A stretch of 64,000 nucleotides of DNA from NCBI GenBank assembly GCA_947175515.1, contig CAMWNA010000001.1, positions 637 to 64,636 of the forward strand, read 5' to 3'. Within the stretch, counting starts at the first letter, position 1, and every line of letters starts with the position of its first letter. The translations under genes and the position numbers were made by a program. Positions 17,711 through 27,877 of the stretch are shown here, piece by piece. This DNA comes from an uncultured Clostridia bacterium. GTDB lineage: Bacteria; Bacillota; Clostridia; Christensenellales; Borkfalkiaceae. A model generated the notes under the pieces. It saw only the letters and a program-made list of their open reading frames with translations, ran no database searches and was not told where the DNA came from.

Positions 17711-20038
17711 TTACTTTAAATTTTCAAGCGCTTTTACTAAAGCAAGCGCATCCTTGGTGTAATAATCCGCGCCTATCCTTTTTGCAATTTCTCCGTTAAG
17801 CACGGCTCCCCCTGCAAATATGGGGCGGTCACAGCCCGTTTGCCTTAAAACGCGAATAGTTTCTTCCATACTCTTAACCGTAGTCGTCATCAGTGCGGAA
17901 AGTCCTATATAGTGAGGCTTATGCTTTAAGTACGCCTGTGCAACGGCTTGCACGGCAACGTCCTTTCCTAGGTCTATTACCTCGTAGCCGTAGGATTGTA
18001 AAACGACCTTAACTATGTTTTTGCCTATGTCATGAACGTCGCCTTTTACGGTTGCAAGCATAATCTTTTCTCGCTTTGCCGCACCCTTAGGCAACTTTGC
18101 CGTCACTGCTTCAAAGGCGCACTTTGCCGCCTCCGCGGAAGCGACCAACTGCGGAAGAAAAAGCTTACCGCTGTCGTAAAGTCTGCCCACTTCCTGCAAC
18201 GCCGCAATCAGTATATCGTTTACCACAGTCATTGCATCCTTGGTTTCAAGCTCGTTTTCGCAAAGCTGCGCGGCTTGGTTTTTTATGCCCTTTTTAATGC
18301 AGTCGTATAAGCTTGATGCGGCTATATGCTCGGGTTCAGCCGTCCTTAACGCGCTGAACGCGCCCGTGTAATCTTTGAAAATATCTATATATTTTTCCGC
18401 GTTTATATCCTCGCCCGAAAGCACGGCAAACGCCTTTACCGCCCCGACCATTTCGCCGTCGAGAGGGTTCATAATGGGCATATTCAATCCGCACGCCATA
18501 GCCATAGTCAAAAACGTTTTGTTCAGAAGCCCCCTGTTGGGCAGCCCGAAAGAAACGTTGGAAACCCCCAGCGCGGTTTTTACGCCAAGCCTTTGCACAA
18601 GCCGCAGCGCGTCAACCGTCTCCTTTACCAGCTTCTGTTCTGCGGACGCGGTCACAACCAGCGTGTCAATCATTATTTTGCTGCGGGGTATGCCGTACTC
18701 TTCAGCCCGTTCCACTATGCGTTTGGCAATTAGAAATCTTTCCTTTGCGGTTTTGGGTACGCCGTTGCCGTCCATAGTCAGTCCCAGAACGACCGCGCCG
18801 TATTTTTTTGCAATAGGAAAAATCGCGTCCATAACCGCGTCGTCGCCGTTCACGCTGTTTATGAGCGGAATACCGCTATAGTAACGCGCGCCGGCTTCCA
18901 CAGCGTTTTTATCCGAAGAGTCAATTTGCAACGGCAAATCTACGTATTCCTGTATTCTTCGGCAGGCTTCCGCCATAACCGCCTTCTCGTCAAGCTGCGG
19001 CAGTCCTACGTTTAAATCCAGTATATCCGCGCCGGCTTCGGCTTGCGCCACGGCTTCGTCTATAAGATAGTCGTAATTGCCGTCAAGCAAAGCCTGTTTA
19101 AGTTTTTTCTTGCCCGTCGGGTTCAGCCGTTCGCCGCATATCTTAACGCCATCTATATTTACGGCTTTGGTCGCAGAGTTAATTATAGTCGCGCGCGCAA
19201 TCCTGCGCCGCTTAACCTTGCGTCCGCGGTACCTGCTTATTCTTTTAATAAATTCCGGCGTGGTTCCGCAGCAGCCGCCGACTATTGCAACGCCGCAGTC
19301 GATAAATTTTTTTATATAATAATCGAATTCCTCAATATCCAGCACGTATTCGGTTTTGCCGTTTTTTAAAACGGGCAGACCGCGGTTCGGCTTAACCATA
19401 ATGGGTACGCTGCTGCAAGCCAGCAAACGCATAACTACGCTTTCCAGCTCCTTAGGACCTGCCGAACAGTTCACACCCAGCGCGTCGACTCCCAGTCCTT
19501 CCAAGGTATTGGCGACTATTTCGGGCGTGGAGCCCGTCAGCGTTCTTCCCGTGGAATCGAACGTCATAGTCGCAAAAACGGGCTTGTCGCTGTGTTCCTT
19601 TATTGCAAGTATACAAGCCTTTATCTCGTACAGGTCGGAAAAAGTTTCGGCAACGTATCCGTCGACTATGTCCTTTGTAATTTCCACAACCTCGGCAAAT
19701 GCGGCGTACGCCTCGTCAAACGTCAGCGTTCCCAAGGGTTGAAGCATCGCGCCCGTCGGACCTATATCGAAGAGTACTTTTTTGCCTGCGGCGCGTGCGT
19801 TTTCAACGGCTTTTTCGGCAAGCTCTTTTATGGTATATTTCCCCTTGTATTTAATCGGATTCAGCCCGAAGGTATTCGTCATAACGCAGTCCGCGCACGA
19901 ATACGAGCGGTGTATTGCCTGAATAACGTCGGGTCGGGTAACGTTCAAATCTTCGGGCGTTCCCGTAAAGCCCAGCTTTTCAAGCTCGCTTCCCATACCC
20001 CCGTCTAAAACGGTTACCGTTTCTCCGAACCGTAACAT
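17711..20038 (-). CDS. metH: Cobalamin-dependent methionine synthase core (Hcy-binding, pterin-binding and B12-binding domains; no activation domain)
   Basis: LDGGMGSEL and GGCCGTTPEF (Hcy S-methyltransferase domain), a pterin-binding barrel, and the B12 motif GDVHDIGKN; 775 aa. Confidence 0.9.
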   Translation of the reverse strand: MLRFGETVTVLDGGMGSELEKLGFTGTPEDLNVTRPDVIQAIHRSYSCADCVMTNTFGLNPIKYKGKYTIKELAEKAVENARAAGKKVLFDIGPTGAMLQPLGTLTFDEAYAAFAEVVEITKDIVDGYVAETFSDLYEIKACILAIKEHSDKPVFATMTFDSTGRTLTGSTPEIVANTLEGLGVDALGVNCSAGPKELESVVMRLLACSSVPIMVKPNRGLPVLKNGKTEYVLDIEEFDYYIKKFIDCGVAIVGGCCGTTPEFIKRISRYRGRKVKRRRIARATIINSATKAVNIDGVKICGERLNPTGKKKLKQALLDGNYDYLIDEAVAQAEAGADILDLNVGLPQLDEKAVMAEACRRIQEYVDLPLQIDSSDKNAVEAGARYYSGIPLINSVNGDDAVMDAIFPIAKKYGAVVLGLTMDGNGVPKTAKERFLIAKRIVERAEEYGIPRSKIMIDTLVVTASAEQKLVKETVDALRLVQRLGVKTALGVSNVSFGLPNRGLLNKTFLTMAMACGLNMPIMNPLDGEMVGAVKAFAVLSGEDINAEKYIDIFKDYTGAFSALRTAEPEHIAASSLYDCIKKGIKNQAAQLCENELETKDAMTVVNDILIAALQEVGRLYDSGKLFLPQLVASAEAAKCAFEAVTAKLPKGAAKREKIMLATVKGDVHDIGKNIVKVVLQSYGYEVIDLGKDVAVQAVAQAYLKHKPHYIGLSALMTTTVKSMEETIRVLRQTGCDRPIFAGGAVLNGEIAKRIGADYYTKDALALVKALENLK

Positions 20039-20631
20039 TTTTCACCTCTTTTTAAGTATTCGCAGTGCGCGGAAATCACGCAGCTTTTGCAGGATTTTTC
20101 AGCGCCTACGCCCACCGCAATAATACCTGCCATAGACTTTGAAGGCAGCATATAGTTTGACGAATTTAAGGTAACGCCGATTTTTTCGGGTTTTACAAGC
20201 CCGAAAATAAACTTCAGGTCGCATACGTCGCTTCCGCCGTAGCCCGGGCAAAACCTGTAGGACAAATTATCGCCCAAGCCCTTTTCGTATTCGTCTGAAA
20301 GGTATTCCAGATACGCGCTTGCGCACGCGTCGAATACCAGCGCTTTCGCCGCGTCCGTGCGGCTGTAAAATTTTATTTTCGCGTCGGCTTCCGCGCCAAG
20401 CGTCATTACCGAAAGAAAAACTCCGCTGCAGCCTTTAAGATATTCCTTATACGGACTGTGCGTTAAAAATTCGGGCGGAGTCTGAAAATATTTATAGGTA
20501 TAACGGAAATGCGCAATACCCTTCAGTTCGTCAAGGCACTGCGCTATAAGCTTGTCGGTTTCCGCGTTTTTCTGCAAAGAGTGAAAACCGAGATATGCGT
20601 AAATCTGTTTAATCAGCTTTGAAGTATTCAT
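20014..20631 (-). CDS. Stand-alone MetH activation (SAM-binding/reactivation) domain protein
   Basis: 205 aa encoded between metF and metH, overlapping both neighbours (23 and 25 nt). It has RFCPGYGG, resembling the MetH activation-domain RxxPGY motif. The C-terminal Cys cluster CKSCVISAHC suggests an added metal site. Confidence 0.7.
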   Translation of the reverse strand: MNTSKLIKQIYAYLGFHSLQKNAETDKLIAQCLDELKGIAHFRYTYKYFQTPPEFLTHSPYKEYLKGCSGVFLSVMTLGAEADAKIKFYSRTDAAKALVFDACASAYLEYLSDEYEKGLGDNLSYRFCPGYGGSDVCDLKFIFGLVKPEKIGVTLNSSNYMLPSKSMAGIIAVGVGAEKSCKSCVISAHCEYLKRGEKCYGSEKR

Positions 20632-21496
20632 TTATAATATTTTTCAGTCTTGCGGTAATTTCCGCCGCGGTGTCCGCGCGGTTCATAGTGTAAACGTGAA
20701 TACCCGGCGCTCCCTTTGCAATAAGGTCGCAAATCTGGTAAACTGCGTAGTTAAGTCCCGCCTCGCGCATGGCGGCAGGCGACGCGGAATAAACTTCTAT
20801 CATGTTTCTGAACTCTATGGGGATAGTGCTGCCGCACATCGATTTAACTCTTTCAATGTTTTTTACGGCAGTCAAGGGCATTATCCCGGGGATAATAGGT
20901 ATGTTGATTCCCGACCTCTTCGCCTCGTTTACAAGCCTGTAATAATATGCGTTGTCGAAAAACATCTGCGTTATGAAAAACGACGCTCCGCACTCAACCT
21001 TCTTTTTAAGGTTTTCAAGGTCGTCGTAAAGCGTTCGGCTTTCCGCGTGACCTTCAGGGTAGCACGCCGCACCCATACAAAAACCGTATTTTGAAAGATA
21101 GCTTTCCAAATCGGAGGCGTGTTTAAAATATTTGCAGTATTCCGAGTCGTATTCCACGGGCTTATCACCGCGCAGAGCCAAAACGTTATCCACGTTAAAG
21201 GACTTCAGTTTTGTTGCAAGCCCGTCAATGTCCGACGGCGCGGAAGGTCCGCCCGTAACGTGCGCCAAGGGCTCGGCGCCCGTGCTTTTTACGTAGCCGG
21301 CAATTTCTGCGGCGCTGCGCGCGTTGGTTCCGCTCGCGCCGTAGGTTACGCTTATAAAGTCAGGGTTCAGCGCTTTAAGTCCGTCAATCGTGCGGAAAAG
21401 CTTGTCCTCCTCCGCGCAGTTTTCCTTTTTCGGCGGAAACACCTCGAAGGACAGCGTTCTCTTTCTCTTTAAAATATCGTCAATTCGCATATTCAA
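20609..21496 (-). CDS. metF: 5,10-methylenetetrahydrofolate reductase
   Basis: 295 aa; SFEVFPPK N-terminal motif, ISVTYGA, and a TIM-barrel MTHFR pattern. Confidence 0.9.
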   Translation of the reverse strand: MNMRIDDILKRKRTLSFEVFPPKKENCAEEDKLFRTIDGLKALNPDFISVTYGASGTNARSAAEIAGYVKSTGAEPLAHVTGGPSAPSDIDGLATKLKSFNVDNVLALRGDKPVEYDSEYCKYFKHASDLESYLSKYGFCMGAACYPEGHAESRTLYDDLENLKKKVECGASFFITQMFFDNAYYYRLVNEAKRSGINIPIIPGIMPLTAVKNIERVKSMCGSTIPIEFRNMIEVYSASPAAMREAGLNYAVYQICDLIAKGAPGIHVYTMNRADTAAEITARLKNIINEYFKAD

Positions 21497-21527
21497 ATAT
21501 CTTCTTCAAAACGTATCGTTAAAAAAT

Positions 21528-21556
21528 ATTATACATTATCTGCGTCCATAAAACAA
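21528..21556 (-). promoter_or_regulatory. Extended -10 promoter of the met operon
   Basis: Minus strand reads TTGTTT, 17 nt, then TATAAT preceded by TG (TGTATAAT). This leaves a leader of only ~25-30 nt before metF. Confidence 0.5.
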
Positions 21557-21715
21557 TATTTTTGAATAAAATTATTTTTATGCGGCGGTTAATTTATCAT
21601 AAAAAAACGCAGTTTGCGCCTTTAAATATCTTTAAACCGTACCATTATAAGTATTTATTTGTACAGTCATTAGTTTTATTAATATCCGCAAAGCGTTACT
21701 TTAACTCCAAATAGG

Positions 21716-21744
21716 TTGACAGAACATATTAATTATGTTATATT
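21716..21744 (+). promoter_or_regulatory. Sigma-A-type promoter for the 1199-aa lipoprotein gene
   Basis: TTGACA (21716..21721), 17-nt spacer, TATATT (21739..21744). Confidence 0.5.
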
Positions 21745-21866
21745 TATACAAATTAGTTGCAAATATTCAATGCACTATACATAAAATCTGGAAATTATGC
21801 ATAAATTTTGAATATTTTTAAAGCGTTATAAATAAACGTTGCTGATTTTTATCATTAATTAAGGAG

Positions 21867-24800
21867 ATGAATATGAAAAACAAAAAACTGCTCGTTTTTC
21901 TTCTTGCGGCTGTGTCGGTGTCGGCGCTCGGCGCTGCGGCGTGTAAGACGGAAAAAGAACCGGCAAATGAACACGAACACTCCTACACATGGCACTCAAA
22001 CGCGGCAGGTCACTGGGAAGAATGTGACTGCAGCGACAAAAAGGATGTGCAGAACCACGTTGACGTAAAAAACAACGAAACGAACGCCGACGGTAAAGAC
22101 GGCAAGTGCGACGTTTGCGATTACGCTTTAAAACAGTCCGTAACGTTCAATATGGGCGGACACGGCACTGCTCCCGATTCGCAGTTGGTTGACTTCGGCG
22201 CAACCATAAATAAGCCTGCGGACCCCGAAGAGGACGCGTGGGATTTCCTCGGCTGGTACAAGGACGCGGCGTGCCAAACGCCTTTCGACTTCTCTGCTCC
22301 GATTAAAGACGATACCGTTATCTACGCCAAGTGGGAGGAAAACACGACCCCCGGCGAAAGCAAAAAATACGCTTATGAGCTTGAGCTCGGCAAAAATAAC
22401 CTTCAGTCGATAACGGCAAAGGGTTATATCTATTTCAAATATACCGCCGAGGAAGACGGAAGGTATGAATTCGCGCTCGGCGGCGGCAATAGCGCAAAGT
22501 GCTATTTCACGACCGATAAGGACGAGGCGGATATATACTACGGAAACGGTTACGAAAAGGCTAAGCAGGTTTACGATGTTTTCAAGGATGAAACCGTATA
22601 TATTAAGCTCGCTTGTGCCGAAACGCTTAGTCAAGACGCAAAGGTTAGCCCTGTGGTAACCGCGGTTTATAACGAAGATCTTCCTGCCGACGACTGGCTT
22701 GACGGCATCTATACGAACGGAGGAACGACTTTCACTCTTGACAGGGAAGCAAAAACCATTTCGCTTTACGATAACAGTTACCCGTTCAATTACATAGGCG
22801 GCTCGTTCGATACTCTTTCTTTTACGCACACAACTGCGCTGGGTTCGCAATACGATACGGACTATAAATTCATAAACAAGAAAAACGGCACGTTCTTAGT
22901 AAAGGCTTATTCTAAGCAGGGCGGAGAAAAAACTTGGACCTACGCTTATTACGGTAAAGTTGAAAATCCCGTTGAAAAAAGCTTGTTTTCAGGCGAATAT
23001 GTGCCCGTAAACGGCAAAAAGGGCGATGGAATTGATAAGTTCGTTATAAAAGAAGACGGTAACGGCTACTACGTTAACGACGGCGTTAACACTTCGGCTA
23101 ACGGTTCATATGATCCTCAATACGGTATGCTTTTGTTCGGACAGTACATAGTTACTTTAAACGTTGAAAACGGTTCGGCTGTAAGCATAAGCGTATTCAG
23201 TTCTACTTTTACCGAATTTGTCGTTTATGAAAGGGTCGGCGACGTATTGCCCGACAAGCTTCCGTTAAACAACAACGATGAATTTATCGGCGATAAATAT
23301 ACCGTACGCGATGATTTCGGTACTCAATATTGGGGCGCAACGGGCAACATTTCAATAAGCATTACCGGCTTTGATAAGGCTTCCAACAAGTACACGGTTT
23401 CAGCAAACGGCGTAACGTACGTGCTTGCATTTAAAGGCGAAGGCAACGCGGCTTCAATCGAGGTTTATAACGCAACGGGCGAAACTCTTTTGGATACGCT
23501 TAAATATTACTATGTCGAATACCACGATTTGCCTTCCGCGGCAACCAATGAAGTAACTGCGCCTTTGGCGGATTTCAAGAAAGACTTCTACCATTTCGAA
23601 GTGAAGGAATCCGGTTGGTATGCATTCAGCAACTTTGACAGCGAAAAGGTTGAGATTTATTATAATATCAATAAAAATTTCCCTACGGCGACGTACTTGG
23701 CTAAACTTGTCGGCTCCGAAAGCGTATATCTTGAAGCGGGTTCGGTTGTCGGAGTAAAAAATCTGACTGCGGATAATACGGGTAACGTTACCTTTACCGT
23801 CGCGAAAAACGATGCGCCCAAGGGCTTTACGGAAAGCGACCCTTACGAGGTGAACGGCTTGGGTAAAATAGAAGTTGTTACGTTGTCGGCAAGCAGCAAT
23901 CTTTACGTTAAATTTACCCCTTCTTCGGCAGGAAATTATTTCGTCACAGTTTCGCGTGCAGGTATGGGCGCGGGTACTACGGACTATCACATTAGCTATA
24001 GCGTCGGCGGCACGCAAGCAGGCTTTGACTATTCAACGTATAAGTGGCTTGGCGGACTTACGGAAACCAACCATAATTATAAGCTTACTGCAACTTATAC
24101 TAATCCTATAATGATTGTAGTATACGGAGGCGGAACGCAAGGTGATTTCGACGACGTGGTTGTGACGGTTACGAACGATTATACGGTCGGCGCGGTTAAC
24201 TTAGGCGAATTCGTTAACGGAACTCCCGTCGGCGGCAAATTGCCTGCAAGCGTAACCGTAAGCGGAAGCGGCACGTATAAAGTATCAGATACGTTCGGCA
24301 GTGACCTAGTACTTTCTTCAAGCTCGGCGTTTACCGCTAAAGTTAACGGTTTGGACGTCGAAGTAACTGAAAATAACGGTACTTATACGGCAACCGTTAG
24401 CGCAAGCACAAACGTATACGTTGAAGTAAGCGCTGCCGTTACGTTTACCATAACCTTTGACGAAGGTACCGAAAAATATCCTATCCCTATCGATATGTCT
24501 GATATAAAATTCACGCACAGCGTCGATTACGGGACAACGTACTTGGCGTTTAAACAAGCGGGTACTTACGTCGTATGGGGCTCCCCTAGCGGTTATTTCT
24601 ACCTTAACGGAGAATATATCAGCGGCGGCGCGCCTATAACCGTTGAAGCCGGCGACGTGTTGAAGGTAGAACATTATTATGATAAAATTAACGTAAACGT
24701 TTCGTGCGCGTTGCCTGATGATATCTTGGGCGAATACAAGTACACGGACGGCGATACCGTCGTTCTTGTCGGGGCAACGGCTTTGACGGTAGGTGATAAA

Positions 24801-25466
24801 GTTTATTCGCTTAGTGCAATATCGGGTAACGCCTATACCTTTAAGGCTGAAAATAATTCAACCGTTACTCTTACCGTATCCGGTAACGCTCTTACGCTTG
24901 ACGGTCACACCCTTGCTACGGTAGACAACAGTATATTTACTGAAGATCAGGTGGGTACGTACGTATATAAGGGCTTTATAGATGTAACGTTAACTCTGAA
25001 CGCCGACGGCACCGGAATTTATAAAACGAACAAGACCTACGATATCGTCGTAACCGAAGTAAGCGCAGGCAACTATCAGTTTGAATACAATAACCGTACC
25101 ATAGAGTTTACTTTTAACAGCGACGGCAATATCTCGTTAACGGATAGTTCTATGGGCGTAAACGGCGGACTGTTAGTCAAAGAGGCTCCTCCTGCCGCAG
25201 GCACGGTTTATACGGGCATACTTTCGGGTGGCGACACTGAAATGGAAATGGAAGTGGAGTTCACTTTATCGGCCGACAGAACTAGCGCTACATTCAGTTT
25301 TGTTGGTGAAAGCAGTTATAACGTTACTATAACTGAAAGCGGCGGAACATATTTCTTTAGTTTTAACGACGGTTGGGACGAAAACGCAACGTTCACTATA
25401 AACGGAGATTCAATTGTGTTGACGGTTGATTACTACGGAAGCGGTACTCTTACCAAACAGGCGTAA
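21867..25466 (+). CDS. Very large secreted lipoprotein with a His/Cys-rich N-terminal module and a Listeria-Bacteroides (Flg_new-type) repeat
   Basis: Signal peptide plus Cys (LGAAAC). VTFNMGGHGTAPDSQLVDFGATINKPADPEEDAWDFLGWYKDAACQTPFDFSAPIKDDTVIYAKWE matches the Listeria-Bacteroides repeat. The remaining ~1000 aa are beta-rich (T/G/Y/V) with no domain I recognise. Confidence 0.7.
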   Translation: MNMKNKKLLVFLLAAVSVSALGAAACKTEKEPANEHEHSYTWHSNAAGHWEECDCSDKKDVQNHVDVKNNETNADGKDGKCDVCDYALKQSVTFNMGGHGTAPDSQLVDFGATINKPADPEEDAWDFLGWYKDAACQTPFDFSAPIKDDTVIYAKWEENTTPGESKKYAYELELGKNNLQSITAKGYIYFKYTAEEDGRYEFALGGGNSAKCYFTTDKDEADIYYGNGYEKAKQVYDVFKDETVYIKLACAETLSQDAKVSPVVTAVYNEDLPADDWLDGIYTNGGTTFTLDREAKTISLYDNSYPFNYIGGSFDTLSFTHTTALGSQYDTDYKFINKKNGTFLVKAYSKQGGEKTWTYAYYGKVENPVEKSLFSGEYVPVNGKKGDGIDKFVIKEDGNGYYVNDGVNTSANGSYDPQYGMLLFGQYIVTLNVENGSAVSISVFSSTFTEFVVYERVGDVLPDKLPLNNNDEFIGDKYTVRDDFGTQYWGATGNISISITGFDKASNKYTVSANGVTYVLAFKGEGNAASIEVYNATGETLLDTLKYYYVEYHDLPSAATNEVTAPLADFKKDFYHFEVKESGWYAFSNFDSEKVEIYYNINKNFPTATYLAKLVGSESVYLEAGSVVGVKNLTADNTGNVTFTVAKNDAPKGFTESDPYEVNGLGKIEVVTLSASSNLYVKFTPSSAGNYFVTVSRAGMGAGTTDYHISYSVGGTQAGFDYSTYKWLGGLTETNHNYKLTATYTNPIMIVVYGGGTQGDFDDVVVTVTNDYTVGAVNLGEFVNGTPVGGKLPASVTVSGSGTYKVSDTFGSDLVLSSSSAFTAKVNGLDVEVTENNGTYTATVSASTNVYVEVSAAVTFTITFDEGTEKYPIPIDMSDIKFTHSVDYGTTYLAFKQAGTYVVWGSPSGYFYLNGEYISGGAPITVEAGDVLKVEHYYDKINVNVSCALPDDILGEYKYTDGDTVVLVGATALTVGDKVYSLSAISGNAYTFKAENNSTVTLTVSGNALTLDGHTLATVDNSIFTEDQVGTYVYKGFIDVTLTLNADGTGIYKTNKTYDIVVTEVSAGNYQFEYNNRTIEFTFNSDGNISLTDSSMGVNGGLLVKEAPPAAGTVYTGILSGGDTEMEMEVEFTLSADRTSATFSFVGESSYNVTITESGGTYFFSFNDGWDENATFTINGDSIVLTVDYYGSGTLTKQA

Positions 25467-25506
25467 ACCGCAAGAGCAAAGTAAAGTAAAAAATTAACAA
25501 ATTGCA

Positions 25507-25545
25507 GGCTATTCCGAAGAAATTTCGGAATAGCCATAGCAGTTT
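25507..25545 (+). terminator. Stem-loop / weak terminator after the 1199-aa gene
   Basis: 12-bp perfect stem GGCTATTCCGAA-GAAAT-TTCGGAATAGCC with a poor T tract (ATAGCAGTTTT). Confidence 0.45.
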
Positions 25546-25572
25546 TATTGAAGATTATCTTTTTAGCAGATT

Positions 25573-26655
25573 ATGGAAGAAAATTTCTTAAAATTCAAAA
25601 AAAAGGTGTGGTTACACATACTCATAAAGTGCATAGCCGCAGGGCTTGCCGCAGGACTCGTTGCGGTCAACGCGGTGCTTTTGCCCTGCCGTCTGTACGC
25701 AATTAATCTGTTCTGGCTGTATTACGTTCTTATTGCGCTCGGCGGTTTTGCAATAGGCGGCGGCGTAGCTTTTCTGTTTCTCCGCACCGACGACAAAAAA
25801 ATAGCAAAGCGGCTTGACAGCGAGCTTCACCTCAGTGAAAGAGTGCAAACCGCGCTGGAATACGGCGGACAGGGCGGCGCAATGTTTGAAATTCAACGTG
25901 CGGACGCAAGCTCGGCGCTCGGCGCAAAGCCGAAAAATGCGTTGCGCTTTAAAAATGCAGTAGCTACGGCGCTGTGCGCGGCAGTGTTCCTGACAGGCAC
26001 CGTCAGCATACCTGTTGTTGCAACCACGGTGCCGGCGGTCTTTACTTCTTCGGAGGACGTTCCGCCCGCCGACCCTCCAAGGGATATTACGGATTGGGAA
26101 TGGACGGCTTTGGACGAACTTATCGACTACGTTAACTCTTCAAAGAAAGCCGACGGATATTTCAAGTCTGGCGTGGTCGGGCATTTACAGGGTTTAAAGA
26201 CGGTGCTTTTAAACGGCGTTTCCCAAAGCAGCCTTTCAAGCTTCGTGCAAAATACCGTGACAAATATCCGCAACACCGTAAAGGACGCAAACGAGCGCGG
26301 AATTTCCGAAGAACAGCAAACGCTCAATTCTGAAGAAGAAGCTTACGTTATTGCAAAGCTCTATGAAATTTTCTCGCTTCAGCAGAACGGCGACGGCGAG
26401 GACGACCCTGATAAAAATCCCGACGAAGGCGACGATCCGAACGGCGGCGGCAATTCAGGCGTCGGACCGGGCGACCTTATCGTAAACGACACCCCTTTCT
26501 TCGACCCCGAACTCGGTTTCGTAAAATGCGGCGAAGTACGGTCGGAATATTACGCCCGTGTGCAGCAGGCACTGAACGAGGGAGTAATTTCGCGTGAGGA
26601 ATGGGAATATATAATGTCAACGTACTTCAGCGATTTAAACTCAAACGACGACTAA
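25573..26655 (+). CDS. Membrane protein of unknown function, first gene of the MoxR/vWA operon
   Basis: 360 aa with two N-terminal TM helices and one central TM helix. Acidic Gly/Asp/Pro-rich segment (GDGEDDPDKNPDEGDDPNGGGNSGVGPGD). 15-nt gap to moxR. Confidence 0.6.
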   Translation: MEENFLKFKKKVWLHILIKCIAAGLAAGLVAVNAVLLPCRLYAINLFWLYYVLIALGGFAIGGGVAFLFLRTDDKKIAKRLDSELHLSERVQTALEYGGQGGAMFEIQRADASSALGAKPKNALRFKNAVATALCAAVFLTGTVSIPVVATTVPAVFTSSEDVPPADPPRDITDWEWTALDELIDYVNSSKKADGYFKSGVVGHLQGLKTVLLNGVSQSSLSSFVQNTVTNIRNTVKDANERGISEEQQTLNSEEEAYVIAKLYEIFSLQQNGDGEDDPDKNPDEGDDPNGGGNSGVGPGDLIVNDTPFFDPELGFVKCGEVRSEYYARVQQALNEGVISREEWEYIMSTYFSDLNSNDD

Positions 26656-26670
26656 AAAAAGAGGTTTAAA

Positions 26671-27810
26671 ATGGATAATAAAGCACAGGTAGAAAATTTC
26701 AGCCGTTCGGTTTCCAAAATCAAACAGGAAATCAGAAAGGACTTGGTAGGTCAGGACGATATCGTCAACAACGTTATAATTGCAATAATAGCAGGCGGCA
26801 ACGTCCTTTTGGAAGGCGTTCCGGGCGTCGGCAAAACAAGACTTGTAAGAACGCTCGGCAAAGCGCTTAAACTCCCCTTTTCAAGAATTCAGTTCACGCC
26901 CGACTTAATGCCCTCGGACGTAACGGGCACCAACGTAATCGAAAAGAACGCTTCGGGCAAAATGAACACTGTTTTCCAGAAGGGTCCCATTTTTGCGAAC
27001 TTGGTGCTTGCCGACGAAATCAACCGCGCAACGCCCAAAACCCAGTCCGCAATGCTTGAGGTTATGCAGGAGCATAAAGTCACCGTTGCAAACCAGACCT
27101 ATAAAATAAGCGAACCGTTCTTCGTCCTCGCAACGCAGAACCCTATCGAGCAGGACGGTACGTATCCCCTGCCCGAAGCGCAGATGGACAGGTTTATGTT
27201 CAAGCTATTGGTGGGCTTCCCCTCCGTCAAGGAGCTTGCGGATATAGTCAATATGACTCAGGTTACTATGGACGAAACCGCGAACGCAGTCGTCGACGGC
27301 GAAACGATACTTGCCATGCGCGAGCTTGCTAAGTCCGTGCCCGTTCTCCCCGACGTATTGTATTATGCAATGCGTTTGGTTGCGCGCACTCACCCCGAGC
27401 TTGACGATTGCGGCGAAACTGCTAAAAAATATATCAAGTACGGCTGCTCTCCCCGTGCCGGTCAGGCGCTTATTACCGCGGCAAAGGTCCGCGCCCTTAT
27501 CGAGGGAAGATATAACGTTTCCTACGAGGATATCAGCGCGCTGGCATACCCCGTACTCCGCCACAGAATGAAAATTAACTACGCCGCGATAAACGAAAAG
27601 CTTACCGTTGACGACGTTATAGGCAAGCTTTTAGCGGAAAACAACAAGGACAAAGGCACGGGCAAGCTTGACGAAAACAAACCCGTTCCCGAAGAAGCTT
27701 CAACGGACACGGCGCAGCCCGAAGCGCAATCGGAAGAACCTAAGAAGAAATCAAAGCTTTTCAAATCCAAAAAACAAAAGGGTAAAACGGACGAAGGCGC
27801 GGAAGCGTAA
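26671..27810 (+). CDS. moxR: MoxR-family AAA+ ATPase
   Basis: Walker A GVPGVGKTRL, Walker B/MoxR signature LVLADEINRATPKTQSAMLEVMQE, VLATQNPIEQDGTYPLPEAQMDRF. Lys-rich C-terminal tail. Confidence 0.9.
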   Translation: MDNKAQVENFSRSVSKIKQEIRKDLVGQDDIVNNVIIAIIAGGNVLLEGVPGVGKTRLVRTLGKALKLPFSRIQFTPDLMPSDVTGTNVIEKNASGKMNTVFQKGPIFANLVLADEINRATPKTQSAMLEVMQEHKVTVANQTYKISEPFFVLATQNPIEQDGTYPLPEAQMDRFMFKLLVGFPSVKELADIVNMTQVTMDETANAVVDGETILAMRELAKSVPVLPDVLYYAMRLVARTHPELDDCGETAKKYIKYGCSPRAGQALITAAKVRALIEGRYNVSYEDISALAYPVLRHRMKINYAAINEKLTVDDVIGKLLAENNKDKGTGKLDENKPVPEEASTDTAQPEAQSEEPKKKSKLFKSKKQKGKTDEGAEA

Positions 27811-27877
27811 CCACTCCTCCCCTCCCCTGCTACATTAATTTATCGGCCGCCGTGTGCGGCGCAAGCAACAGCGTACA

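Noticed and set aside
21497-21866. Expected S-box (SAM-I) or T-box leader upstream of the metF-metH operon
   Set aside because: The region is very AT-rich. I could not find the conserved GC-rich S-box helices or a T-box sequence on the minus strand, and the best promoter leaves a leader of only ~25-30 nt. I recorded this as an absence, not as a feature.
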